NCBI GenBank assembly: GCA_963663965.2
Contig: CAXXFK010000010.1
Span: forward strand, 249,593-313,592
Source of the DNA: Sedimentisphaerales bacterium
GTDB taxonomy: Bacteria; Planctomycetota; Phycisphaerae; Sedimentisphaerales; SM23-30
Length of the DNA: 64,000 nt
Reading direction: 5' to 3'
Shown here: positions 43,497 to 54,303 of the stretch, piece after piece
Position numbering within the stretch: the stretch's first letter is position 1
Layout of the letters: each line of letters opens with the position of its first letter
Position numbers and translations under genes: made by a program
The notes under the pieces: generated by a model
What the model was told of the DNA's origin: nothing
The model's input: only the letters and a program-made list of their open reading frames with translations
Database searches by the model: none

Positions 43497-46400
43497 ATGA
43501 ATAAACGTTCTCTTATCATAGTTGTCGCGACAATCTGTTGCATTGGACTTGGGTCACTGATTTATTATACCGTCAATAATGATCTGTCCACGTTATCTAC
43601 TGACCTGAATCCGGATGGCCGTTTTAAAGACGATCCGATTCCGCAAGCCAATCAGGATATTAATGCCATTGGTAGCCCGGAAATGAGCGTCGGATCGGTC
43701 GAAAAATTTCATTTTATTAAACCGGGTGAACGGGAATTTGGTTTCGACAGCCGCATTCCCCAAGGTGACAACACCCTGACAATCAGTAAACCCTGGGTCA
43801 AAATCTTCTCCCGGACCGGCAAAACCATCGTCATCATGGCTGATAGCGGTAGTGTACCGGTCGATATCGAAGGCAGTGAACTGAAACTCCCCAGTAATGG
43901 ATCGCTCGATAGTCATGTTACCCTCCAAATTTATCCAACTATACTTCCCAATGGTAACCCTCAGGAGATTGATCCAGCAGAAAAATCGGATCCTGAATTT
44001 ACTGTTACTATGAATCATATCGATTTCGAACGCGAATTTTCACGGATTGTCAGCCGGGGCCCCATAGCATTCCATACCCGGGCCTTTCAAGCGTCAGGCC
44101 GCAACCTGTTCCTGCAATACGACCAGATCAACGAACGGCTTCAGGAACTTGAAATCGAGTTCATAGATGAAGTACTGATCGATTATGGCAGCGATATTTT
44201 CTCTTCGCTCAATCTGACAGACCAGCAATCCGGAGCATCCTCCGAAACTTCTGAAGAACCGATACCGGACGTTCCAGAAGGATTCGAATTTGTTCAGCCC
44301 GACACTCAACATATTCCTCCTGCGGTTTATCGCCTGTTGTTATCCCGTGAGGTAATCGTCGCCCAAGGCGAAAAACGCCTGACCGCTGATTCTATCGAAG
44401 TACTGGCGGGTTTGGATCTTAAAAAAAATCCTGTTACCAATTCCGCTAAAAAACAAGCGACTTCGGAAAGGTCCAATTCTGGCCAGTCAGACGACTCAAA
44501 CCAGACCAGCCAGGTTCAGTCACCCCTTGTCAGATTAACATGTGAGGGCCCATTACGTATTACCGGTATGGAAGACCCGATTCGTATTAAAGAACTGCAG
44601 GATAAGATATTTATATCCGCGTTCGGTACCCCGGCGGGACTCTGGATCGCTGATAAGCCCATCCTTCTGGCGGATTCCATCAGTTTTAGCCAAACCAACC
44701 AGCGGATGGTCCTGCTGGCCGGACCGGATCGCCCCATCACGCTACAATCTCCTGATAACCTTCTCTCTGTTACCGCAGGCCACTCGATTCAGATCAATCC
44801 ACAGGATGATCTGATTCTGGTCAACGGCCCTGGTTTGATCACTTTTTCCGATCCCAATCAGGCAACCCGGATTCAATATCGCAACTCACTTAAATTATCT
44901 GTCAGCGATCTAATCCATGCTACTGAACCGGATTTTGATATCACAGGCAACCTGCGAACCTTCGAATTTCTCGGTCCCTTTACTGTCGATGCCGATCCCT
45001 ATCTTATCGAAGCCGCCGGTGGCAGTTTTTATGTGGCGCCTCCACCTGACAACATCATCGCTACAGATCCGATTCTCGAGCGTTTTAACCTGATTAGAGC
45101 CAGTATCCGCAGTCCTTATGGCACTTTTTCCGGCGATTCAATCACTGGTCGTCTTGATTCGGACCCCAACTGGCCCAATTGCCTGATTCTGCGTGAATTG
45201 ACCGTCAATGGCAACGTCGCCATGACCAGTGATAAATACCAGTTCCAGACAGATGGTTCACTCTTCGTCCACTTTGACGCCAACCGCACCGATCCGAATG
45301 ATCTCTGGAATCGTCCCTTCGATCAGAAGCTGTCTGACAAACTCATCTTTATCGATAAACTCAATCCGACCTGGCTCCTGGCCCAATCAGAACAAGGTCA
45401 GGTTCACTTCATCAATAACCTGAAGCACTTTTCGCTCCAGGGTAATCGCCTGGAAGGCCGTACAACATCGGTAAGCGCTGATCTCGAGAATGGTTCCTGG
45501 GATATCCAGGGACGTGACGCGGTCATTGTCTATCAGGATAGTCAATCTCTTCAGGGCCGGCATATGACCTTAGATCCCACCGAGCAAATCTGCCATATGT
45601 TTGGTTCCGGCCAGATCGAAATGGCTGGTTCCTTTGATTTGCTTGGCCAGACGCCCGAAGTATCACAGACACCCGTGTTGCTGCATCTCACCTGGCAGGA
45701 CGGAGCCGATTATGACCTTCTCAATAATCGAGCCAGCTTTTATAATACGGTCATCCAGAACGAACAGACAGGCCTGACCAACTGGCGCCATACTACCCTG
45801 TCATGCCCCCGGTTGATCATCGATTATCAACCGGCGGCTAAAACCAGTTCAAAAAACCGTCAACCCAACGACATAACCGAAATTGTTAGCCTCCAACTCA
45901 ATGCAGATGGCCCGGTATATGTCGAAAGTCGCGATTTCCAGAACGACACCAACGATTTGATCAGTACCTCACGTATCTTCGGTAATCGTCTGTCTTTTGA
46001 TAACAGTTCCCGTCAATTATGTCTGACAGGTCCCGGTTGGATCGACCATATCAATTTCCAGAATCCCCAATCCAAACCGGCGACTTCTCAACCTGTCCAA
46101 CAAAATAATTTCAATACTTTGCTGGCAGACGCCCTGCCAGGCGATCGTTCCGATTACACCCTGGTAAGGTTCAGTGATACTCTCCGCTATGAAATACGAT
46201 CTGGATTTATCTCGATTGCGAATGGTGTTACTGTCATCCGCCTCCCCCTTGATCCCCAATCAAACGTCATTCCTGATCCTGAACAACCGGTTGCCGGTTC
46301 CATGCGGTTGTTCTGCCAGGATCTTACCATATCACCCGATGATCCGGCGGGAGAGAAAACTACTGTTCAGGCAAATAACTCCCTTTTGAAAGCGGTCAAT

Positions 46401-46664
46401 CGCCTTCAGGCCACCGGTAATGTTTATCTCGAATTCTGCCGCGATGATTTTATGCCCGACTTTTTCATCAGCAAAACCCTTACCTTTGATCGGATTTCGG
46501 GCGATATCTTCATCCAGGGCGCTCCCAACCGGCCTGCTCAGTATATCGGCAGAGACCTGCGTCAATCCGCTACCAGCCATATTCGCCAGACCAGATTCCA
46601 ATGGATACGCTATAATATCCAAACTAACCTATACGAAGGTGAAGAACTTGAGGGCAGTTTCTAA
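43497..46664 (+). CDS. Large membrane-anchored beta-rich protein, possibly LptC/OstA-like
   Basis: Single N-terminal TM, repeated LxAxGNV/V.GNV beta motifs, and position after kdsD-kdsC. Confidence 0.55.
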   Translation: MNKRSLIIVVATICCIGLGSLIYYTVNNDLSTLSTDLNPDGRFKDDPIPQANQDINAIGSPEMSVGSVEKFHFIKPGEREFGFDSRIPQGDNTLTISKPWVKIFSRTGKTIVIMADSGSVPVDIEGSELKLPSNGSLDSHVTLQIYPTILPNGNPQEIDPAEKSDPEFTVTMNHIDFEREFSRIVSRGPIAFHTRAFQASGRNLFLQYDQINERLQELEIEFIDEVLIDYGSDIFSSLNLTDQQSGASSETSEEPIPDVPEGFEFVQPDTQHIPPAVYRLLLSREVIVAQGEKRLTADSIEVLAGLDLKKNPVTNSAKKQATSERSNSGQSDDSNQTSQVQSPLVRLTCEGPLRITGMEDPIRIKELQDKIFISAFGTPAGLWIADKPILLADSISFSQTNQRMVLLAGPDRPITLQSPDNLLSVTAGHSIQINPQDDLILVNGPGLITFSDPNQATRIQYRNSLKLSVSDLIHATEPDFDITGNLRTFEFLGPFTVDADPYLIEAAGGSFYVAPPPDNIIATDPILERFNLIRASIRSPYGTFSGDSITGRLDSDPNWPNCLILRELTVNGNVAMTSDKYQFQTDGSLFVHFDANRTDPNDLWNRPFDQKLSDKLIFIDKLNPTWLLAQSEQGQVHFINNLKHFSLQGNRLEGRTTSVSADLENGSWDIQGRDAVIVYQDSQSLQGRHMTLDPTEQICHMFGSGQIEMAGSFDLLGQTPEVSQTPVLLHLTWQDGADYDLLNNRASFYNTVIQNEQTGLTNWRHTTLSCPRLIIDYQPAAKTSSKNRQPNDITEIVSLQLNADGPVYVESRDFQNDTNDLISTSRIFGNRLSFDNSSRQLCLTGPGWIDHINFQNPQSKPATSQPVQQNNFNTLLADALPGDRSDYTLVRFSDTLRYEIRSGFISIANGVTVIRLPLDPQSNVIPDPEQPVAGSMRLFCQDLTISPDDPAGEKTTVQANNSLLKAVNRLQATGNVYLEFCRDDFMPDFFISKTLTFDRISGDIFIQGAPNRPAQYIGRDLRQSATSHIRQTRFQWIRYNIQTNLYEGEELEGSF

Positions 46665-46777
46665 AATGATTGACATTAAACCTTTATTACGATAATTTAT
46701 TTTAATAGTTTAGAGAAGACCCCTAATCTCCTTAAGCGTATTGCCCATATAACAACCTGAAATTCAAGAACTTATAC

Positions 46778-48148
46778 ATGAGCGGCATCAAACATCTCAC
46801 TCCCACTGAAATCGTCAGTCAGCTTGATAAATACATTATCGGCCAGGACGACGCCAAACGGGCCGTTGCCATTGCCATCCGCAACCGCTGGCGCCGTCAA
46901 AATCTTTCCGACGATATACGTAACGAAGTGGCACCCAAAAATATCATCATGGCAGGTCCAACCGGAGTGGGAAAAACTGAAATTGCCCGACGACTGGCCT
47001 CGCTGGTGGGGGCTCCTTTTGTAAAGGTCGAAGCCACTAAATTTACCGAGGTCGGCTATGTCGGCCGCGATGTTGAAAGCATGGTCCGTGATCTGCTTGA
47101 ACGAGGAATCGCCATGGTCCGGGAAGAAATGGCCGCTGAATGCGAAAGTATCGCCGAACTGGCTACTGAGCAGCGTATCCTCGATTGCCTCATGCCTTCG
47201 CCATTCCCTCCGTCCGCCAGTCCTTCCGATCTTAATGAAGAACGTGAACGTCAGGAGCGTACCCGCAGCAAACTTCGCGAACAACTTCGTGAAGGCAAAC
47301 TTAACGAACGTGAAATCGAAATCACCGTCGAAGAAAAATCCGGCATGCCGGTTGGTATTCTTTCCAATGTCGGTTTCGATCAGATGGATCCAGGTATGCA
47401 GGATTTCATCGAAAAGCTCATGCCCAGCCGCAAAGCCCGCAAAAAAGCGCGTATCGAGGACGCCCGTAAAATCCTTTTTAAAGAAGAACTCGACAAATTA
47501 ATTGATCACGACAAAATGATCCGCACTGCCATTCAGCGGACCGAAGAAGGCGGCATCGTTTTCCTGGACGAAATTGATAAAATTTGCGGTTCCGACGGGC
47601 ATGGCCCGGATGTCTCGCGTGAAGGTGTCCAGCGCGATCTATTACCCCTGGTCGAAGGCTGCTCGGTCAATACCCGCCACGGCATGGTGAATACCGACCA
47701 TATTCTTTTTATTGCCGCCGGCGCTTTCAGTAAAAACAAGCCCTCCGATCTCATGCCCGAACTTCAGGGGCGGTTTCCAATTCGTGTCAAGCTCAAAGAT
47801 CTTGATAAAGACCAGTTCATTCGTATTCTGACCGAACCGCAAAACGCCCTCACCCGTCAACAGATTGAACTGCTTAAAACTGAAGAAGTTAACCTGGTTT
47901 TTACCGGCGACGGGATTGCCGCCATCGCCCAGAAAGCCTTCGATATCAACGAATCCCAGCAGAACATCGGCGCCCGGCGACTCTATGCCGTGATGGAAAA
48001 AGTTCTTGAACAGATCAGTTTCGATGCCCCGGACCATTGTCAGTCCGATTACCAGATTGACGCCGAGTTTGTCAATAAACGGATCAAAGAAAGCCCGCAG
48101 GATGAAGACCTCAATATTTTTGGCTTCGCCCGCGCCCGAACGAAATAA
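46778..48148 (+). CDS. hslU: ATP-dependent protease ATPase subunit HslU
   Basis: GPTGVGKTEIARR, KFTEVGYVG, FLDEIDK, GVQRDLLP and PELQGRFP. Confidence 0.97.
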   Translation: MSGIKHLTPTEIVSQLDKYIIGQDDAKRAVAIAIRNRWRRQNLSDDIRNEVAPKNIIMAGPTGVGKTEIARRLASLVGAPFVKVEATKFTEVGYVGRDVESMVRDLLERGIAMVREEMAAECESIAELATEQRILDCLMPSPFPPSASPSDLNEERERQERTRSKLREQLREGKLNEREIEITVEEKSGMPVGILSNVGFDQMDPGMQDFIEKLMPSRKARKKARIEDARKILFKEELDKLIDHDKMIRTAIQRTEEGGIVFLDEIDKICGSDGHGPDVSREGVQRDLLPLVEGCSVNTRHGMVNTDHILFIAAGAFSKNKPSDLMPELQGRFPIRVKLKDLDKDQFIRILTEPQNALTRQQIELLKTEEVNLVFTGDGIAAIAQKAFDINESQQNIGARRLYAVMEKVLEQISFDAPDHCQSDYQIDAEFVNKRIKESPQDEDLNIFGFARARTK

Positions 48149-48241
48149 ACGATACCCCGTATCGCAAGTTCAGTGAATTCCCGTTGTTTAAACGGAATAA
48201 CAATAATTGAAAACCAGACCCTTTTTATCAGGAGCTAAATA

Positions 48242-48478
48242 ATGTCAGAAAAAACCTTTGAAGAAAAAGTACAGGAATGTCTCGACGAAATCCGTCCCAT
48301 GTTACAAAACGACGGGGGCGACTGCGAACTGGTCGCTATCGAGGGCAAGAAAGTCAAACTCCGCCTGCAGGGCGCCTGTCGCGGCTGTCCCGGCGCCGCA
48401 ATGACCCTGAAAATGGGGATCGAACACCGCATGCGTACCCGTATACCCGATATTGACGAAGTCGTCGCTGTGGACTAA
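48242..48478 (+). CDS. NifU/NfuA C-terminal domain protein
   Basis: IRPMLQNDGGD and GACRGCP. Confidence 0.93.
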   Translation: MSEKTFEEKVQECLDEIRPMLQNDGGDCELVAIEGKKVKLRLQGACRGCPGAAMTLKMGIEHRMRTRIPDIDEVVAVD

Positions 48479-48542
48479 TCATTGACTATCCTTAGCCATA
48501 CACACCATTGTGTATGGCTTTTCACTAACCAGAGGTATCGCT

Positions 48543-50507
48543 ATGGCCCAACCACAAGCTGAACTCACCTTAAAAGCCCTTATTCTGGGTATCGTACTGT
48601 CCGTCATTCTGTCTGCCGCCAATACCTATCTAGGTCTTTTCGCCGGCATGACCGTTTCGGCCTCCATTCCGGCCGCCGTGATCTCCATGGGCATCTTCCG
48701 CATGTTCCGTAACAGCACGATTCTTGAAAATAACCTGGTCCAGACCGCCGCCTCCGCCGGTGAATCGGTCTCCGCAGGTATAATTTTCACCATCCCGGCG
48801 CTGGTTATCATGAACTACTGGGAGACATTCAACTACTGGTGGGTGACGATTATTGCCGCGCTGGGTGGTTTGCTTGGTGTGCTGTTTACAATCCCCCTGC
48901 GTCGCTCACTGATTGTTGAAAGCGATCTTAAATTCCCTGAAGGGGTGGCCACGGCCGAAGTCCTTACCACCGGTCAGCAGGGCGGCAAGGAAATCTGGTA
49001 CATCGTCCAGGCTTCTATCGTGGGCGCAGTCTTCAAACTGGGTCAGGCCGGACTCAATCTGATGACCGATGCCATTTTTTACACGAAGGCCGCAGGCTCG
49101 GCTGTCTTTAAAATCGGCACGAATCTCAGCCCGGCGTTGATTTCCGTTGGTTATATTGTCGGCCTCAATATCGCTGTGCTCATCTTCCTGGGCGGCGCGC
49201 TTAACTGGATGGTTGCGATTCCAATCTGTACTTCTCTTGATTCAGTGATAGACATGCTGCCAAAAGATCTGGATCTCACAGCATTAAGAACACCTGAGAA
49301 AGCTCCTGAGTTTGCGAAGTTAATCTGGGCAACATTCACCCGATACATCGGTGTGGGCGGCATGGTGGTAGGAGGTATCTGGACTATTTTCAAAATGCGT
49401 AACTCTCTACTGGGCGGTATTACCTCAGGCCTCAAAGCTTATCGTAAAGATGACTCCGGGCAGTCGCAATCCCAGGATATCCCCTCTGAGGAAAAAGACA
49501 TGCCCATGAACTGGGTTTTATTCCTGATCCTCGGTTCCATTGTTCCCATCTTTTTACTATATCAAAACGCGACCGGTCATCTAACCATCAGCCTGACGAT
49601 GTCTATCATCATGGTGATCGCCGGTTTTGTCTTTTCGGCCGTAGCCGGTTATATGGCCGGTCTGGTGGGTTCATCCAATAATCCCATTTCCGGTATCACC
49701 ATTGCGACGGTACTATTCTCCTCCCTGCTTTTGCTGCTTATGGGCCTCTCTACGGAAACGAACGGCCCGGTCGCCGCGATTATTATTGGCGCGGTGGTCT
49801 GTTGTGCCGCGGCTATCGCCGGCGATAATATGCAGGATCTCAAAGCCGGCCATATCCTCAAGGCCACCCCCTGGAAACAGCAGGTCATGCAGATGGTTGG
49901 TACGGTCAGCGCCGCTTTCTTTATCGCGCCCATTCTTAACCTGATGCTGAAAGCCTACGGCTTTGCCGGGCATTCCTCCGCCCAAGCCAATCCTCTGGCC
50001 GCCCCACAGGCTACCCTCATGCAATCGGTAGCGGACGGTGTTTTTGCCCGCAACCTGCCCTGGGCCTTTATCGCCATAGGCGCTATTATTGCCGTGCTGG
50101 TTATCATTCTCGATGAAATTCTCATTCTGCGAAAAAGCAGCTTCCGTACCCCGGTGCTGGCAGTCTCTATCGGAATCTATCTGCCCTTCGAACTTTCCGT
50201 ACCAATCCTGATCGGTGGTATTATTCAGTTTTTCGCGTCACGGTTCATTAAACGCAACAATTATTCTTCCACCGATGCCGAAGCGGCCAACCGACACGGG
50301 CTGCTCTTCGCTTCCGGTCTGATTACCGGTGAAGCCCTGATGGGGATTCTGCTGGCGATTCCAATTGTTATCATGAATAAAGACAAACCGCTTAAGATTA
50401 TGGATAATCCCAAAGAATGGCCCGGTTTGATCCTGCTGGCCATTGTGCTGGTCTGGCTTTATGTCACGGCGATTCGCAAGGCGCATAATAACAATAAAGC
50501 CGGATAA
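48543..50507 (+). CDS. Oligopeptide transporter, OPT family
   Basis: YLGLFAGMTVSASIP, ENNLVQT, FPEG, SSNNPISG, QDLKAG and APQATLM. Confidence 0.95.
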   Translation: MAQPQAELTLKALILGIVLSVILSAANTYLGLFAGMTVSASIPAAVISMGIFRMFRNSTILENNLVQTAASAGESVSAGIIFTIPALVIMNYWETFNYWWVTIIAALGGLLGVLFTIPLRRSLIVESDLKFPEGVATAEVLTTGQQGGKEIWYIVQASIVGAVFKLGQAGLNLMTDAIFYTKAAGSAVFKIGTNLSPALISVGYIVGLNIAVLIFLGGALNWMVAIPICTSLDSVIDMLPKDLDLTALRTPEKAPEFAKLIWATFTRYIGVGGMVVGGIWTIFKMRNSLLGGITSGLKAYRKDDSGQSQSQDIPSEEKDMPMNWVLFLILGSIVPIFLLYQNATGHLTISLTMSIIMVIAGFVFSAVAGYMAGLVGSSNNPISGITIATVLFSSLLLLLMGLSTETNGPVAAIIIGAVVCCAAAIAGDNMQDLKAGHILKATPWKQQVMQMVGTVSAAFFIAPILNLMLKAYGFAGHSSAQANPLAAPQATLMQSVADGVFARNLPWAFIAIGAIIAVLVIILDEILILRKSSFRTPVLAVSIGIYLPFELSVPILIGGIIQFFASRFIKRNNYSSTDAEAANRHGLLFASGLITGEALMGILLAIPIVIMNKDKPLKIMDNPKEWPGLILLAIVLVWLYVTAIRKAHNNNKAG

Positions 50508-50535
50508 GTTTCTTATTTATATGAACTAAACATTC

Positions 50536-50570
50536 AGCATGGGCAGGCCGATTCTGCCCATGCTTTTTTT
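50536..50570 (+). terminator. Intrinsic terminator
   Basis: AGCATGGGCAG/CTGCCCATGCT stem followed by a T run. Confidence 0.85.
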
Positions 50571-50587
50571 CTTAAGATCATCCCCCT

Positions 50588-51211
50588 ATGTCAACAGAAA
50601 CCAAAGCCATTATTTTCGACCTGGGCCGTGTCATTGTCAACATTCACATCGAACGCGGCATCTTCGGCCAACTCACCAGTCGGCACAACGGCGAGCAGGT
50701 CGAACAGCTTCTTCTGCGGCTGATGTCTGAAGAACTGATCTGGCTGGAATGCTGCGGCAAAATCCAGCCTGAAGAATTCCATCGCCAGCTTTGTGACAAG
50801 TACCAGCTCGATTTCGATTATCATCAGTTTGTTGAACTCTGGGTTAACATTTTCACACCCATCGAGGGTATTCCCCAACTGATCGATGAACTTCGCAGCC
50901 ACTATCCACTCGGTCTGCTCTCCGATACGGATATCCTCCACTGGGAGCATATCCTGCAATTATGCCCGTTTCTGACCCGATTCGAAAACCCCACCCTCAG
51001 CTACCAGGTCGGCGTTACTAAACCCGATCCGCTGATTTACCAGCGTGCCGCCGAAAACGTTGGCTTTCCACTGGAACAATGCCTTTTCATCGATGATATG
51101 CCCCGTAACGTCGAAGGGGCCCGGGCCTGCGGGATGCAGGCTATCCAGTTTACCGGCCTTGAAGCCCTAAAAGCCGAACTGGCCCGGCACGGCCTCTATC
51201 GTATCGCTTGA
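50588..51211 (+). CDS. HAD-family phosphatase (YihX-like)
   Basis: FDLGRV, LLSDT, KPDPLIY and FIDDMPRNVEGA. Confidence 0.9.
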   Translation: MSTETKAIIFDLGRVIVNIHIERGIFGQLTSRHNGEQVEQLLLRLMSEELIWLECCGKIQPEEFHRQLCDKYQLDFDYHQFVELWVNIFTPIEGIPQLIDELRSHYPLGLLSDTDILHWEHILQLCPFLTRFENPTLSYQVGVTKPDPLIYQRAAENVGFPLEQCLFIDDMPRNVEGARACGMQAIQFTGLEALKAELARHGLYRIA

Positions 51212-51270
51212 CGCAGAACGGTACCAGCCTCGTCTTACTCGCGTCTCAGCGGTTTATTTTTCTATGCTCT

Positions 51271-53070
51271 TCATTTCATATCGGGGAACTGGTTCCGATA
51301 TGGCAACTGCACTCCCACCATGGTCTTAATCATCGCCTGCAATCTCGGATCAATCTCCGGTTCGCCAAAGCTGTTGGTGCGCCAGGTATGCCACTCCTTT
51401 TTATTTTGATTAAACCGGATCGGATGGCCGCTGGTTTGATTGATCACATTGTCTTCAACCAGAAATCCCATACTGCCTTCATCAAAGAAGATTCCGTTAT
51501 TGGGCGCCCCGCCATGGGCGTAGGCGGACCGATATACATTATAAATCCAATTGCCCCGGAGCGTGGTTCCGGGTTGGAGCCCCAGGGTGTAAATCCCCCC
51601 GCCATCGGCCAGTTTGGTCATGACATCATGAATCTGATTGTATGCCACCAGGCAATGTTGCTGGCTGGTGGGCGTCGAGTTCCAGCGATAACCGATAGAA
51701 ATCCCGGTATAGGGCATTTCGCAGACATGATTATGATGGATTCGGGTATTGGCCGAAAAGGCCGCGAAGATCCCTACGCAACCATAATTTTCCGCGGCGC
51801 AATGATGCACATAACACTGGCAGATTTCATTATCAACTGGAACATCGGCGGGATTCTCCCAGTCCTGATCCAGGACAGCAATCGGTTCATCCGGCCACCC
51901 GACATGTATCCCATTGCCACCGACATCGCCAATCTCACACCCCACCAGTCGATTCCGCCTGGAGCCCGCAGAGAAACCCACGGCTGATGGGCCGATATGG
52001 ACAAACCGGCAGTTCTCGAACAGGCAATCCTCAGCATATTTCAGCTTGACCGCCACTGGCATGGCCTTTTCGGGCAGTTCATCTGGAATGCAGGCGATAT
52101 TATTATAGCCCGCCTGGATGCCGCCATAGCCATCCGCCGGCAGTTGCCAGGCCGCATGCTCAAACACCAATCCTTCGAACTTGATATTACGTACCGGGGT
52201 TTCCGGGGTTCCAGCCACGATCAGCAGTGTTTCCAGCAGCGGTGCAACAATCTTTTTCTGATCGGGTTTCTCACCCGGAGCCATCTTTAGAATCAAGCGG
52301 CCGTCCTTGCGATTCAGATACCATTGCTCCGGTTGGGTGATGAATTGCGGATGATTTTCGAGATAAGCCGGTTTCCCTTTGGAGGCGGTTGTCGCTGAAT
52401 GGCCTACCCAACCGAGCGGGGTCGCACAGGTGACTTCATGGTCAGTTGCGGAGAGAATCAACGCCCGCGCAATCGACCAGTTCTGAATCACGATCAGTTC
52501 CACATCGCCTATCTCAATATCGTCCGGCAACGGCTGTTCGAAAGCCAGGGTCTTTACATCGTCGGAGACTCCGGCAATTGTCAGCAAGCCATCGGTGGGA
52601 TACCGGCCCCGGTCCAATCGCTTTTGATCGGCGTATAATTGTCGAAAAGACCATTGACCGGCTGCTACCGCCGGTATGGACGCCTCCCAGAGATCGTTAT
52701 TTTTCTTTTGCCATCCGGTGATGATGCGCCCGCCGGACAGTCGGGGCACTTCGCCGGGATAAGCCGCGTAGGTCACGCCGGCCAGTGTCGTTCCTGAATC
52801 CTCCGCAGCAAAAACCAGCGGACTGGTCAGTTGATATCGGCCGCCGCGTAAAACCACCCGCACCGGCTCGGTGGGATCGGACTGGATCTGTTCACGCACC
52901 AGCTGCTGTGCCCGTACCAAAGTGGCCACTGGTTTGTCGATCGATCCCGGATTGGTATCCGCCCCGTCCGGTGCAATATAAAATACCCCGGCCTCCGCCA
53001 TAATACTGGAACCGTAGAAACACAGATTATAAACTGCCAGAATCATTATACACCAAATCATTCGAGTCAT
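51271..53070 (-). CDS. Secreted right-handed parallel beta-helix protein (GH141-like)
   Basis: FYIAPDGADTNPGS, LRGGRY, PYTGISIG and DGGGIYTLG beta-helix repeats. Confidence 0.85.
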   Translation of the reverse strand: MTRMIWCIMILAVYNLCFYGSSIMAEAGVFYIAPDGADTNPGSIDKPVATLVRAQQLVREQIQSDPTEPVRVVLRGGRYQLTSPLVFAAEDSGTTLAGVTYAAYPGEVPRLSGGRIITGWQKKNNDLWEASIPAVAAGQWSFRQLYADQKRLDRGRYPTDGLLTIAGVSDDVKTLAFEQPLPDDIEIGDVELIVIQNWSIARALILSATDHEVTCATPLGWVGHSATTASKGKPAYLENHPQFITQPEQWYLNRKDGRLILKMAPGEKPDQKKIVAPLLETLLIVAGTPETPVRNIKFEGLVFEHAAWQLPADGYGGIQAGYNNIACIPDELPEKAMPVAVKLKYAEDCLFENCRFVHIGPSAVGFSAGSRRNRLVGCEIGDVGGNGIHVGWPDEPIAVLDQDWENPADVPVDNEICQCYVHHCAAENYGCVGIFAAFSANTRIHHNHVCEMPYTGISIGYRWNSTPTSQQHCLVAYNQIHDVMTKLADGGGIYTLGLQPGTTLRGNWIYNVYRSAYAHGGAPNNGIFFDEGSMGFLVEDNVINQTSGHPIRFNQNKKEWHTWRTNSFGEPEIDPRLQAMIKTMVGVQLPYRNQFPDMK

Positions 53071-53327
53071 TATAGAATCTCCGATGAGTCTGAGTTATCG
53101 TTAAGTATTTGTTCAGTATACATAAATAATCAGTGTTACAATTATTGCACTGTCAGACAGGCTATTCCTGGTTAACCCGATCCGCGCTAAAAAATGAGGT
53201 CAATCAATAAGGATTTCGAGGAGACCGATTACAAAGCGGTGGCCGGAATGCGCAGCGGGTCTGGGTGGATTGAGTTTTTTGATCAATCCATGGGTGTTAT
53301 GCTTTAGTTGTGGTGGCTGATGTTATC

Positions 53328-54167
53328 TTATTTTTTATCCTCCTGAATGGGGATATCGGCCGGGGGTTTGGTGGGGATGCCGAGGGCGTGGAGGGCTTCT
53401 TCGCCGTTCTGGTTGGCGAAATCGGTGAGGGCTTCGTAGCGGTTGCAGGCGTAACTGAAGACCTGATCGTCAGTTACGCTGTGGTCTTTCATCAATTCGG
53501 GCAGGCGGTCTTTGATGTATTCGGGGGCGAGTTTGGCTTCGCTGGGGTGCGTGGGGATTTTTGGGGGATCGGGGATGTGGACGCGGGGTAAGTCGGGAAA
53601 TGGGTACGGTGGGGGATAGGCATTGGGTTCGTTTGGAACGGGTTGTAACTGGAGTTGCTGAAGGAGTTTGAGTTTGGCCTGGAAGGTACGGTTGAGGTGG
53701 GTTTCGTAGCGGGCCAGGCAGTTGAAGGCGGGGACTTCGAGGGTGAAAGCCGTGCCGACTTCGTTGTGGCGTGGGAGATAGATGCTGGAGTGGGCGAAGG
53801 GCTGGTCGATGACGGTGTCTTTGCGGATTTCTTCGTTGGTGAGGCGGAGTTTATAGACGCGGGCGTCGACCATTTCGGCTTCGATGCGGCCGAGACGTTC
53901 CAGTCGCCAGGCGGCCGAGACGATCTGGTCGGCGATATGGCGCTGGAGGTAAGTTGTTGGTTTGAGGTCTTGTAACAAAGCGGCGCGGAACTCGAGGTAG
54001 GTGAGTTCGGATTCGCCGGGGACGATGAGGTGGGCGGGGTCCTGGCCGCTGAGGCCGTGTTTGATGGCATTTTTCGATGAGATGGCCTTGCCTTCGGGGG
54101 TTTTGGGGCCGGTGGATTTCTGGGCGTTGCGACGGTTGGCGCGTAGTCTTCTGAGTGACGATGACAT
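53328..54167 (-). CDS. Hypothetical protein of the NRRNAQKSTGP...KHG family
   Basis: GGAGG RBS at 54176-54180, basic N-terminus, helical core (AAWRLERL...EA; LARYETHLNR) and Pro-rich tail with NEPN. Confidence 0.85.
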   Translation of the reverse strand: MSSSLRRLRANRRNAQKSTGPKTPEGKAISSKNAIKHGLSGQDPAHLIVPGESELTYLEFRAALLQDLKPTTYLQRHIADQIVSAAWRLERLGRIEAEMVDARVYKLRLTNEEIRKDTVIDQPFAHSSIYLPRHNEVGTAFTLEVPAFNCLARYETHLNRTFQAKLKLLQQLQLQPVPNEPNAYPPPYPFPDLPRVHIPDPPKIPTHPSEAKLAPEYIKDRLPELMKDHSVTDDQVFSYACNRYEALTDFANQNGEEALHALGIPTKPPADIPIQEDKK

Positions 54168-54303
54168 GGTTGGTACCTCCTGTTTAGAAATTTAAAGTTT
54201 AAAATTTAAAATGCAAAATTGTGGTATCCGCCATTCGGCGGATGTTGGTTTTATTTTAGTTAAGTTTGGTTCGTTGTTCAGGTTAGAGTGATAATTTTTC
54301 ATG

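Noticed and set aside
51210..51258. GACGC...GCGTCTCAGCGG palindrome between convergent genes
   Set aside because: Single degenerate copy, probably a weak terminator or decayed REP-like repeat.
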